The notes beneath the pieces are model-generated. The model was not told the DNA's origin. It ran no database searches and worked only from the letters and a program-made list of their open reading frames with translations. From an uncultured bacterium (GTDB lineage: Bacteria > Bacteroidota > Bacteroidia > Bacteroidales > Bacteroidaceae), in the NCBI GenBank assembly GCA_905216025.1, contig CAJMSE010000013.1:15195-79194 (forward strand): DNA of 64,000 nt, read 5' to 3'. This document shows positions 45,690-55,100 of the stretch, one piece after another. The translations under genes and the position numbers were made by a program. Each line of letters starts with the position of its first letter. The first letter of the stretch is position 1.

Positions 45690-46868
45690 TCATTTCTTTT
45701 TGTTTTTCTGTGGCGGTCCCGGTGCGAATGGAGAGCGTTCCTCTCCGTTGTCTTCCGGCATTTCCCTGGCCACTTCTTCTATTCCTGTCACCACCACGGT
45801 GCCTGCCGCTACTCCGGAAAGAACCTCGGTGTTGGTTCCGTCGGATATTCCGATATGCACGTCATGGGCCTTGAGTGTCTTGCCGCTGACGGTCCACACC
45901 TTGTTCTTCCCCTTGCTATCCGTTATTTTGTATCCCTTGGCCATTTCCGGGGTGGGAGAGAACCGCAGGGCCTTGCTCGGAACGCATAGTATGCCGCGCT
46001 TTTCCATTGTATATATGGTGATGTTGGCCGTCAGTCCGGGCTTCAGTTTGAGGTCGGCGTTCGGCGCACTGATTACCACTTCGTATGTGACGACGTTGTT
46101 AGTGGTGGTCGCTTCCTGCCTCACCTGCGTGACCTTACCCTCGAATGTATCGTCGGGATAGGCATCGACGGTGAACGTCACCCGGCTGCCTTCCTTTACT
46201 TCACCTATGTCAGCCTCGTCGACATCGGCTATCACGCGCATGTCTGTGAGGTCTTTGGCTATGGTGAAGAGCTCCGGCGTGCTGAAACTTGCAGCTACGG
46301 TCTGTCCCTCCTCAACCGATTTGGACAGCACGATGCCGTCTATCGGTGATGTGATGGTTGCATATCCGAGGTTTGTCTGCGCCTTGTTGACTGTCTCCTT
46401 CGAGGTCGCGACGGCCTCTCTGGCCTTTTGGTAGCTCAGCAGGGCATTCTCGTAGTCTTCCGCACTGACGAGCCCCTTGCTGTAAAGAACCTTATATCTG
46501 TTGAAGTTCGATTGCTCGTAGTTCAGCGTGCTTTGGGCGCTTGCAAGGTTGGCCTTTGCCGTATTCAGCTCACTGATAAGGTTGGTCTTGTCCAGTTCGG
46601 CTATTATCTGTCCCTTCTTGACCACGCTGTTGTAGTCTACATACAGCTTGCTCACGATTCCGGATACCTGTGTTCCGACGGTTACGGACGTCACCGGCTC
46701 GATGGTTCCGGTTGCCGTTATGCTATTCTGGATGTTTGTTTTCTTCGCGCTGTCCGTCTCGATGGATATCGTCTTGTCCTCGTCGTTGCCCGACAGGAAG
46801 AATATTGCAGCTGAAGCGGCAATCAGCAAGCCGGCTCCTATCCATACTTTATTATTTATCTTTATCAT
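45690..46868 (-). CDS. efflux periplasmic adaptor subunit (HlyD/MacA family)
   Basis: 392 aa. N-terminal anchor, a coiled-coil hairpin region and beta-barrel domains. Sits between the TolC-like gene and the ABC genes. Confidence 0.8.
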   Translation of the reverse strand: MIKINNKVWIGAGLLIAASAAIFFLSGNDEDKTISIETDSAKKTNIQNSITATGTIEPVTSVTVGTQVSGIVSKLYVDYNSVVKKGQIIAELDKTNLISELNTAKANLASAQSTLNYEQSNFNRYKVLYSKGLVSAEDYENALLSYQKAREAVATSKETVNKAQTNLGYATITSPIDGIVLSKSVEEGQTVAASFSTPELFTIAKDLTDMRVIADVDEADIGEVKEGSRVTFTVDAYPDDTFEGKVTQVRQEATTTNNVVTYEVVISAPNADLKLKPGLTANITIYTMEKRGILCVPSKALRFSPTPEMAKGYKITDSKGKNKVWTVSGKTLKAHDVHIGISDGTNTEVLSGVAAGTVVVTGIEEVAREMPEDNGEERSPFAPGPPQKNKKK

Positions 46869-46885
46869 ACCGTTTGTTTTATTGG

Positions 46886-48238
46886 TTATATATTCAATGT
46901 CTCTCCCTTGTAGAATCTCAGCAGCTGGATATTTAATATCGTTGTGTATTTGCTCTGCAGCTTGTTCTGCTGTGCGGTCATCAGGTTGCTCTTTCCCGTC
47001 ATAAGCTCCACGATGTTCTTCATTCCGAGGCGGAACTGCTCGCTGAGAAGGTCGTATCCGGTCTGTTCGCTCTCGACGCTGGCCTGCGCGGCCTTGAACT
47101 TTGCCTGGTTCGTCGTCGCATCGAGCCAGTACGTATCGACGGTGTTATATATATGCTTCTTCTTCTCCTGCAGTTCGAGCTTGTACTCTTCCTGCTGTAG
47201 TTTGGCCTTGTTTACTGCCGTTTTGGTCTTTCGGTTGTCTGCAATGGGTATGCTTATGGTTGCTCCCACGGATGCATCGAAGTTCGTTTTAAGCTGTGTT
47301 CCCCAGCTTCTCGAATTCATGGAGGTCGTGCTGGTTGCCACTCCGCCGCTCAGACTCAGAGTCGGAAGTTTGCCGGCTTTGGCTATTGCGAGGCTCGTAT
47401 TGCTCCCCTCTATTGCCAATATGCTGTTTTTTATTTCCGGTCTGCTGGTCAATGCCGTTTCGTAAACCGACTGTAAATCGGGTATATCGGCCAGTGCCAG
47501 CCCGTCGTCGGCTGCTGCGAAGTCTATGTCGAAGTTGTTTTCTTCTGTCAGTTCCAGCACCTGCATCAGCTGTGTGGTGTAGCTTGCGAGATTGCTTTCG
47601 GCCTCAACCACGGAGTATTTGTCGGCGGCAGCCTGTGCGGTAAGCTGTGCAAGGCCGGCCTTTGACATCTTTCCGATTTCCACCAGTTCTCTGCCGCGTT
47701 CCTCGTTCTTGAGGCTTGTCTCGTAGTTTTGTTTCGTTATGGTGATTGCTTCCTTTAGATATAGTATCTGGACATATAGCTTTGCTATCTCTTCCTGTAT
47801 GCTGTTTGACGTCTCAGCCTCTGTCAGTTCAGCCTGTTGCTCTGCTATCTTGCTTTGCTTGACGGCATTGCGGTTTGCATTTCCGTCCCATACGGTCCAG
47901 CTTGCGCTTACTCCGTAGCTACCGTTATAGTACGATTTCTTCACACTTGAGGCCACCGTACCGTTTGTTACTGTGCTCACTCCGATGTCGTTCCATGGTC
48001 TGTGACCTACGCTTTGGTTTGTCTGGGCATTCAGTGAGGGCAACAGTGCGGCTTTCGACTGCTTCGTGTCCTCAGCCTTTGAACGTCTTGTCAGTTCCGC
48101 TTTCTTCAATGTTATGTTGTTTGCCAAGGCATAATCGATACATTCCCGCAGCGTCCACTTGTGCTGTGGCTCGGCATTTACGGATGCAACGGACAATGAC
48201 AATGTTGCCATGAAAACTAAAACTCTGTTCATTTGCAT
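46886..48238 (-). CDS. TolC-family outer-membrane efflux protein
   Basis: Track ORF 46886..48301 starts at TTG. I prefer ATG 48238 (MQMNRVLVFMATLSLSVASVNA signal peptide). Two OEP repeats. Confidence 0.8.
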   Translation of the reverse strand: MQMNRVLVFMATLSLSVASVNAEPQHKWTLRECIDYALANNITLKKAELTRRSKAEDTKQSKAALLPSLNAQTNQSVGHRPWNDIGVSTVTNGTVASSVKKSYYNGSYGVSASWTVWDGNANRNAVKQSKIAEQQAELTEAETSNSIQEEIAKLYVQILYLKEAITITKQNYETSLKNEERGRELVEIGKMSKAGLAQLTAQAAADKYSVVEAESNLASYTTQLMQVLELTEENNFDIDFAAADDGLALADIPDLQSVYETALTSRPEIKNSILAIEGSNTSLAIAKAGKLPTLSLSGGVATSTTSMNSRSWGTQLKTNFDASVGATISIPIADNRKTKTAVNKAKLQQEEYKLELQEKKKHIYNTVDTYWLDATTNQAKFKAAQASVESEQTGYDLLSEQFRLGMKNIVELMTGKSNLMTAQQNKLQSKYTTILNIQLLRFYKGETLNI

Positions 48239-48270
48239 AATCGTTACCTTATTATTGTTCTTGATTGATG

Positions 48271-48278
48271 CAAAAGTA
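48271..48278 (-). promoter_or_regulatory. -7 promoter box TACTTTTG for the TolC/MacAB operon
   Basis: Plus strand reads caaaagta, 33 nt upstream of ATG 48238. Confidence 0.45.
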
Positions 48279-48391
48279 GGAATTAAAGGAACGTGTGCCA
48301 AACATTATATATATATGTGGATATTTAATAGAATAAAAGCACCGGACCATCCGATTAGGTCCGATGCTTTTAATATTTGTTTGCATTTTGT

Positions 48392-48991
48392 CTATAACTG
48401 CTGCATCCGCGCGATGTATTTACCTATTATATCAAACTCGATATTTACTTTTGTACCGACCGTAATGTCGCAGAAGTTTGTGTGTTCGAGTGTGTATGGG
48501 ATTATTGCGACCCGGAAAGAATTGGCCGTCGAGTTGCACACCGTCAGTGAAACGCCGTTTACTGTGACGCTTCCCTTCTCTACCGTGAAGTATCCGGCGC
48601 GTGCCATCTCCCTGTTTTCCTTATATTCAAATGTGAAGTACTTGCTGCCGTGGGCATCTTCGACGGCAGTGCATACTGCTGTCTCGTCGACATGACCTTG
48701 CACTATGTGGCCGTCAAGGCGTCCGTTCATCATCATTGAGCGCTCCACATTGACCTTGTCGCCAGCCTTCAGCTGGCCTAGATTGCTCCGTTCCAATGTC
48801 TCTTTCATTGCCGTTACGGTGTATATGCCGTCTTTTATGTCGACGACGGTGAGGCATACACCGTTATGTGCGATGCTCTGATCTATCTTCAACTCATCCG
48901 TGAACGTGCATTTAAGGGATAAGTCAACGTTCTCTCTGTCTTTCTTTACCGAGGTGACGATGGCAAATTCTTCGATGATTCCTGAAAACAT
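48392..48991 (-). CDS. ribE: riboflavin synthase
   Basis: 199 aa. MFSGIIEE N-terminus and two lumazine-binding repeats (SIAHNGVCLTV / SVTVNGVSLTV). Confidence 0.9.
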   Translation of the reverse strand: MFSGIIEEFAIVTSVKKDRENVDLSLKCTFTDELKIDQSIAHNGVCLTVVDIKDGIYTVTAMKETLERSNLGQLKAGDKVNVERSMMMNGRLDGHIVQGHVDETAVCTAVEDAHGSKYFTFEYKENREMARAGYFTVEKGSVTVNGVSLTVCNSTANSFRVAIIPYTLEHTNFCDITVGTKVNIEFDIIGKYIARMQQL

Positions 48992-49219
48992 GGTTGTCTG
49001 TTGATTTATTGTTATGGTGTAAGAATATTAAAAAGTCGTATCGGTGATGTGATGAAAACTCCTATAAAATAAGATTTGAGATATCCCGTTGCCTTTGTAA
49101 TCCATTTACTTCAGACGTTAATCTGCAAGTTGTGGCCCGCCATCGACAGGAGATGTGTCTCTGTTTTCAGTTTAATTGATGAGTATCCCAATCTAACCGA
49201 TACGACCTGTTCCTTTATT
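48992..49219 (-). promoter_or_regulatory. long (~228 nt) structured 5' leader of ribE; not a recognisable FMN riboswitch
   Basis: An 11-bp perfect long-range stem (49035-49045 gtcgtatcggt with 49196-49206 accgatacgac) is followed on the RNA by UUUUU. A second stacked helix uses a G-U pair that works only on the ribE-sense strand. Confidence 0.35.
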
Positions 49220-49225
49220 TCACTG

Positions 49226-49233
49226 CAAAGTTA
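49226..49233 (-). promoter_or_regulatory. -7 promoter box TAACTTTG far upstream of ribE
   Basis: Plus strand reads caaagtta, 235 nt upstream of ATG 48991. Confidence 0.4.
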
Positions 49234-49271
49234 CTGATATATTTCAATACTGCAAACTGTTTAACGCTTTT

Positions 49272-52004
49272 TTATTGTTCTTTGTCTGCATCGTTATCAA
49301 TTATCTCGTAGTCGTCAGTTATTTCCTCCATGCTTTGTCCGTCGCTCTCCTTTGCCTTTTCAGACGGTTCTTCCTGCTGTCCTGACACAGTTCCTTTGTT
49401 TCGGGAAAGTCTTGCCATGTGCCTTTGTCTCATGTATATAAATGCGAGTATTCCCAAGGCAATGACAATCAGATATATCCATATCGCACCGGAAGAAAGC
49501 AGGAAATACGGGGGAACGACAACTTCTATAGTGCGCAGGTCGAACTTATCCGGCGACTCGAGCAGAAAGGCTTTCACGCAGAAACGGTACGTTCCGGACG
49601 GCAATCCCGAGTAGCTGACAGTCCTTGAGTTGTCCGCATTGATCCAATCGCTGTCATATCCCTCGAGCTTATATTGGTAATGGACACGGTGCTGGAGCTG
49701 GTAGTTGAGTGATGTGAACCTGAATGATATGACGTTGTTATGTCCAGGCAAGGTGACGGACTTCGAATCAGGCACATAATACGTGAATCTGTCGTTCAAT
49801 CTCGGCGACATCAATTCGTCATTGAGATAGAAATCGGTTATCTTCAGCTTCAGCATTGAACCGGTGGAAGTTGTCAGTTTCTTTCTGTCTATGGTGTAAT
49901 AACCGTTCAAGGTGCCAAACAGGATGTTGCCGTTCGGCATGCAGATGGCGGCTCCTTCGGAACAGATTGTACCGTCTACACCATCCAAAGAGGAGAATGT
50001 GCTGAATATCTTTTTGTGTATATCGAAGGAGCACAGGATGTGGTCGGTAGCGAACCAGACATTGCCGCGTTCGTCGAATGTCATGCTTTTAATCTCGTCG
50101 GAGGGCAGACCGTCCTTGCTGTTGAATGTCTCGAATATCCAGTTGCCCTTGTCATCCTTGCCTATGGTATGGCTCAGGCCGCCTCCGTTAGTGCCGATCC
50201 ACATCGAACCGCTCTTGTCGCAGGCCAAGCTGACTATGTCGTTACTCATCAGATTGTGCTCTCTCTCGGCCGTTTCGGTCACCTTCTGTATCCTGATACG
50301 GTTGTTTTCGTACGACATTATGAGCAGGCCGTCCGTGCTTCCGACCCATATATTGCCGTCCTTGTCTGCTGCGAGCGTGCGTACTTTATGGTAATCATTG
50401 TACGGATAGTTGTGTATTGCATTCTTGCTGTTCAGAAATACATAGCTGCCATTCTTGTTTTTGGTCAGTATGTTGACACCGCCGCCATACGTTGCTACCC
50501 AGATATTGCCGTTCTTGTCTTCCACGGAGCAGTAAGCGTTGTTTGAACTGATGCTCATCGGGTTCTTGGGGTCGTGCTTGAAGAATGTGTAGGAAAAGCC
50601 GTTACCTTTCGGTTCCATCCTTATGATGCCCGTACCCTTTGAGCATATCCAGTATTCGCCGTTGCGGCCCTTGGTTATTCCGTATATCCTGCCCAGCATG
50701 TTACCGTTTCCGTCACTTGTTATTACGGTCGGTTCCTGTCCAGAGCGCATGAAGAAAAGGCTGCTGTTCTTGTTTCCTACGAGCAAGGTTTTCCTCTGAT
50801 TGTCATAGAATAGCGCCCTTATGTCGTTCTCGCTTGTTGCCTCAGAATTGGCGAAGAGCTGTGTACGGCCGATTGTTTTCTTGACAATCTCCAGCTTTTC
50901 CAATCCTCTGCGCACCGTAGACTCCCACACGACGCCTTCCGGGAGGACAAGGAAACACGACACGGTATTTGACAGGTTCCATGAGTTTGTCGGGGCGTTA
51001 TGGAAGTATTCGACCTCGTCTGCCTCCCTGTTGTAATATCCGAAACCTCCGTGATTCATCGTCATCCACACCGTTCCGTTCACTTCCGAGACCTTTGCGC
51101 CATGTACATCGAACTCCGGGACCATCACAGACTGTGTGAAGTCCTTAATGTCGCCGGTCTTCATGATAAGCCGTGATATTCCCTGAAGGTCTCCGGTGAA
51201 CCATATTATATTATGGCTGTCAACGAAAATAGATGATACTCCTTCACCAATCTCCGTTATAATATTCGGTTCCTGGCCGTAGGCGAAGGAGATTATCTTA
51301 CCCGATTTCGTTCCGGCATAGATGTTATAGCCGTTTGAATACATGCAGTTTATGCCTTCACCGGTGAATACTCCGTTTCTTTCTATAGTCTCGTCGTTTA
51401 TGTTTACCCGATGTATTCCGTCGTCAGTGCCAACCCAAAGGTCTCCCTTATATCCCTCAACAATGGAACTTACCTTCAGTTTACCGGTCATAATCAAGTC
51501 TGTCTTGACACCGTCAGGCGTCAACCGCATCTTGTATATTCCTACTTCATCTATTATTGCGAGTACATCTCCGTTGCTGGTGACCTTTATCGGCGATGAT
51601 GTCTTGAAACTCTGATAGCCTGTTATGTGCTGTAAAGGATTCTCAATCCTGTCCGTGCTGCGGTTCAATACGAATATCCTGCCGTCGTACATCCTCATCC
51701 ATATGTTTTGAGACAGGTCTATAGCCAAGTCGATGATGCGGTTGTGCAGCAGTGGAACGTTGCTTCCGTAACCTGTTTCATAGTTGTAGAAGTTGATGCC
51801 GTCGAACCGCGAAAGGCCGTTCCACGTTGCAATCCATATATATCCGTAGTCATCTTGCTTTATGTCCGATGCGTTATTGCTTACGAGGCCGTTGTCCATT
51901 GAGTAGTGCGATAATGCGGCTTGCAGTTGCTGTGCTTTCGTTTCGGACGGTCTGATGAATCCCGTTGATGCAATCAACAGTATTATGAACACTCTTCTTA
52001 TCAT
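49272..52004 (-). CDS. two-component-regulator propeller + Y_Y_Y sensor-domain protein lacking any kinase, receiver or DNA-binding output
   Basis: 910 aa. Signal peptide, repeated Reg_prop-like blades (IWIATWNGL, LWVGTDDGI, IWVATYGGG, MWIGTNGGG, VWFATDH). Y_Y_Y motif HYQYKLEGYDSDWINA. One TM segment (IWIYLIVIALGILAFIY), then only a 53-aa acidic tail. Confidence 0.8.
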   Translation of the reverse strand: MIRRVFIILLIASTGFIRPSETKAQQLQAALSHYSMDNGLVSNNASDIKQDDYGYIWIATWNGLSRFDGINFYNYETGYGSNVPLLHNRIIDLAIDLSQNIWMRMYDGRIFVLNRSTDRIENPLQHITGYQSFKTSSPIKVTSNGDVLAIIDEVGIYKMRLTPDGVKTDLIMTGKLKVSSIVEGYKGDLWVGTDDGIHRVNINDETIERNGVFTGEGINCMYSNGYNIYAGTKSGKIISFAYGQEPNIITEIGEGVSSIFVDSHNIIWFTGDLQGISRLIMKTGDIKDFTQSVMVPEFDVHGAKVSEVNGTVWMTMNHGGFGYYNREADEVEYFHNAPTNSWNLSNTVSCFLVLPEGVVWESTVRRGLEKLEIVKKTIGRTQLFANSEATSENDIRALFYDNQRKTLLVGNKNSSLFFMRSGQEPTVITSDGNGNMLGRIYGITKGRNGEYWICSKGTGIIRMEPKGNGFSYTFFKHDPKNPMSISSNNAYCSVEDKNGNIWVATYGGGVNILTKNKNGSYVFLNSKNAIHNYPYNDYHKVRTLAADKDGNIWVGSTDGLLIMSYENNRIRIQKVTETAEREHNLMSNDIVSLACDKSGSMWIGTNGGGLSHTIGKDDKGNWIFETFNSKDGLPSDEIKSMTFDERGNVWFATDHILCSFDIHKKIFSTFSSLDGVDGTICSEGAAICMPNGNILFGTLNGYYTIDRKKLTTSTGSMLKLKITDFYLNDELMSPRLNDRFTYYVPDSKSVTLPGHNNVISFRFTSLNYQLQHRVHYQYKLEGYDSDWINADNSRTVSYSGLPSGTYRFCVKAFLLESPDKFDLRTIEVVVPPYFLLSSGAIWIYLIVIALGILAFIYMRQRHMARLSRNKGTVSGQQEEPSEKAKESDGQSMEEITDDYEIIDNDADKEQ

Positions 52005-52038
52005 GATGCTATCTTTATGTTATTAGGTTTTCAATCCA

Positions 52039-52046
52039 CAAAATTA
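52039..52046 (-). promoter_or_regulatory. -7 promoter box TAATTTTG for the sensor-domain gene
   Basis: Plus strand reads caaaatta, 35 nt upstream of ATG 52004. Confidence 0.45.
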
Positions 52047-52120
52047 AGCAAAAAAAACAAATAACGGATAGCCTGAAGAAGAAACTTATCGGTTTATGCC
52101 ATACATTCGGGTATATGGCG

Positions 52121-52168
52121 TCCTATAATAGGGCAGCGCATTTACCTGAAAAAGATAAATGCGCTGCC
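52121..52168 (-). terminator. terminator hairpin after the GH2-esterase gene
   Basis: 13-bp stem ggcagcgcattta/taaatgcgctgcc starting 14 nt after the stop codon (52182-52184). Confidence 0.6.
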
Positions 52169-52181
52169 TTTCATATTATCG

Positions 52182-55100
52182 TCATTCTCCTGTGTCAACC
52201 TCATTTCCGCGTACGGCTCCGATGCGCACAAGCACGTTGTACATCATCCGGCCGATGCGTTCGGTCCAGTCGCCGGCAAAGTGGAGGTTGTCCTTGCCGA
52301 GCTGCGCCTTGCTTAGGTCGATGATGTAGACGTTCGGAAGTTCGGCCGCCACGCGCCGCTGGGCCGCTTCCACGCCTGCACTGTACTGTCGGCTGGCATG
52401 CGGCACGGTGCCGAAGATAAACGGCAGGGTGAGATATTCCTTGCGTCCGGTCTTCTTGCTGATGGCCTCGCGCAGATGGCATATCATCGTCTTGAAGTTC
52501 GTGTAGTAGCTGTCTGCCTTGCTGCGGTCGCTCTCGCCCTGATGCCACATGATGGCTTTCACGTCGTATCCATGCTCCAGACGGCTCAGTGTGCTATCCA
52601 CGCAGAGGGCGAAGCCTTCTGTCAGCGCCTTTGTGAGTGAGCGTCCAGTTGCAACGTTGCCGCTGTAGGCATTGTTTGCGGCCAGCCATTTCTTTCCGGC
52701 ATACCATGAGGGACGTTTCGGACCGCCGGCTATGGTGTCTATTGATGTGCCTCCTATGGAGGCTTTAATTGAATAGACATCCGTTGACTGGCTGTTATCC
52801 AGCAGCTTATTGACCACGTCGCAGTACGACCAGCGGCCCCGGTTCTTCTCGAACGAGCGGTCGTCGAACTTCCCGTTGCGCTTGTTTGTGACGTCTGCAT
52901 AGTGCAGATGGCGGTATCCGGCACGCAGATAGTCCGGCATCTCGTCGGCATATACCCGCCCGTCGGTGTTCGACTGTCCTGCGGTGATGAATACCGGTGC
53001 CGGCATGGGTTTCTTGAAGTCGAACCACAGCTTCATCCGCAGTCCCTCATCGCCCTTGTTTATGCGGATATGGCTGGGCTGGGCCTGCGGGCCGAGCTGC
53101 TCAATAGGCTTGTATGAGCGCATGCCAGGGATATCGAACAGGAACGACAGGTCGCCCGCAGGGAACTGCTGCATGGTATGAACCCTCTTGCCCTCACTGT
53201 CGGTGGGCTCTTCCGGTGTGAACACGCGGAAGTAAAGGCCGTCCGTCTCGCTGTAGACGGTGAACGGGGCAGTGGCCGACTGTATCTGTGCCCAATAGAG
53301 GTTGGCATGGTATCCCTTGAATTCGGGATATATGAGACGGCCTGATTCGGGCTGTCCGGTTATGGTGTTGTTGTAGTCTTTCTGCCAGATGCCTATGTTC
53401 TGACCGCGTTGCCGGTTACGCCATACACGGTAAGGGCCACGTCCCATCCAGCGCATGCCAGTGCACTGGCTTTCCGGATACGAGAAGCTGAAGCCGAAAT
53501 TGCGCACGTCGGTGTCGAAGAATGCTTCGCCGAAGCGCTTTCCGTCACGGCTGTTGAGCAGTACGGCATCCATGCCGAGCATGCCGTCGGGCGTCATGCG
53601 CCATACTATCGAATCTACCGCACCGGCATATTTCATCACCAGCAGTGCGTCGTTACCTTCCGTGCGCCGGCTGATTCCGAGCAGGCGCATCTTCATTCCC
53701 ACTGGCAGAGGGCCGCCGCCGAAGGGCACAGCCTTGCCGTCGACACTGACGACGGTGAGCATTCCGCTCTCGTGGCTGAATCCGGCGCGCACTCCTGCGG
53801 CCTCGAGGAAGAGGGTGTCGGAGGATATGGGGGAGGTGGGAGAGATGGGAGGAATGAAAGATTGGAGATTCATGGGAATTACGGGAGCTTTGGATGAGAG
53901 CTTATTTCCGTCCAATCCGCCATTGGCAGCTTTCCCATAACGCTCTCTTACCCAATATTCATCAGCATACCGCATGGTGTAGCTCCATGTGTTGATGGTG
54001 TCGCCGCCGGTTGTGTATGCTGTCAGGCGCAGCAGGTCGCCTGCTGCGAAATTCTCGGGGAGGGCCATGCGGGCAGTGCCCGTCTCGCCGGGAGCGATGT
54101 CGGGCAGTGCCACCGTGCCATGAGAGAGCACGCTGCCATTCTTTGACCGGACGGCCGCGGATGTGAGCGGAGAGTGCAGTCGCACCACCTCATACGTCAT
54201 CCGGCACTCGCCGAGGCGGCTGAAAAGGAAGCCGTTGGTCACTTTGAACGTACCGTCGAACGACGGAGTTATTCTCAACGGGGCTATCTGTATCGGCGAC
54301 CATACGTCGCGTACGGTGTACCAGCTCGCTTCGCGTTCGCGGTGCGGTCCGACGATGCCGTCAGGCGCGTTTGTGCCGTCGGTGTCGATGCGGCCGCCAC
54401 GGTCTGTGCGCGCCACTCCCTCATCTATCAGTGCCCAGATGAAGCCGCCGGCAAAAAGCGGGTTACGGCTCCAGTTTGCCCAATATTCATCGAGCGACGT
54501 GCCGGCTCCTTTGTCATACTGGCTGTGCAGGAACTCCGTTGGCATGAACACCTCGTTGCCGTTGGCCAGACGCGCCACTCCGGTCTGATAGGCCGGATAG
54601 TGGTGTGCATCCACTCCGTCGAAGAGCGCCCACGGGTGAATGACATGCCGGTGCTGAAGGTCGTAGCGTGCGAAGAGCGTGTCGAGGGCTGTGTTGAAGC
54701 CTCCCTCGTTGCCGTTTGCCCATGCGAAGATGCACGGATGGTTGGCGTCGTGCATCACCATCTCGCGCACGATGCGGCTTCCTATGGGCGTGGAGTAGTG
54801 GTTCTGCCATCCCGGGAGCTCGTTGAGATAGAGCACGCCGAGCGAGTCGCAGATATCGAGCAGGTGGGCATCGGGCGGATAGTGCGATCGTATGGCGTTC
54901 GCGTTCATCGCCTTGACCAGCTTGACGTCCTCTATGTCGAGGCTGCGCGAGGTGGCGCGGCCGGTCTCAGGATAGAAGCAGTGGCGGTTCACGCCCTTTA
55001 TTGTCAGTTTGGTGCCGTTGAGATAGAAGCCGTCCCGGCGGCGGAACTCGATGGTGCGGAATCCCACGCGCTGTGTCGTCTCATGACAGACGGTACCGTC

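Noticed and set aside
48992-49233. Canonical FMN (RFN) riboswitch expected upstream of ribE
   Set aside because: I searched both strands by eye for the conserved aptamer strings (GGGUGAAAUUCCC, AGCCCGCGA, GCCGACAGU, AGUCUGGAUG) and found none. I report it only as an unclassified structured leader. A cmscan run is needed for certainty.
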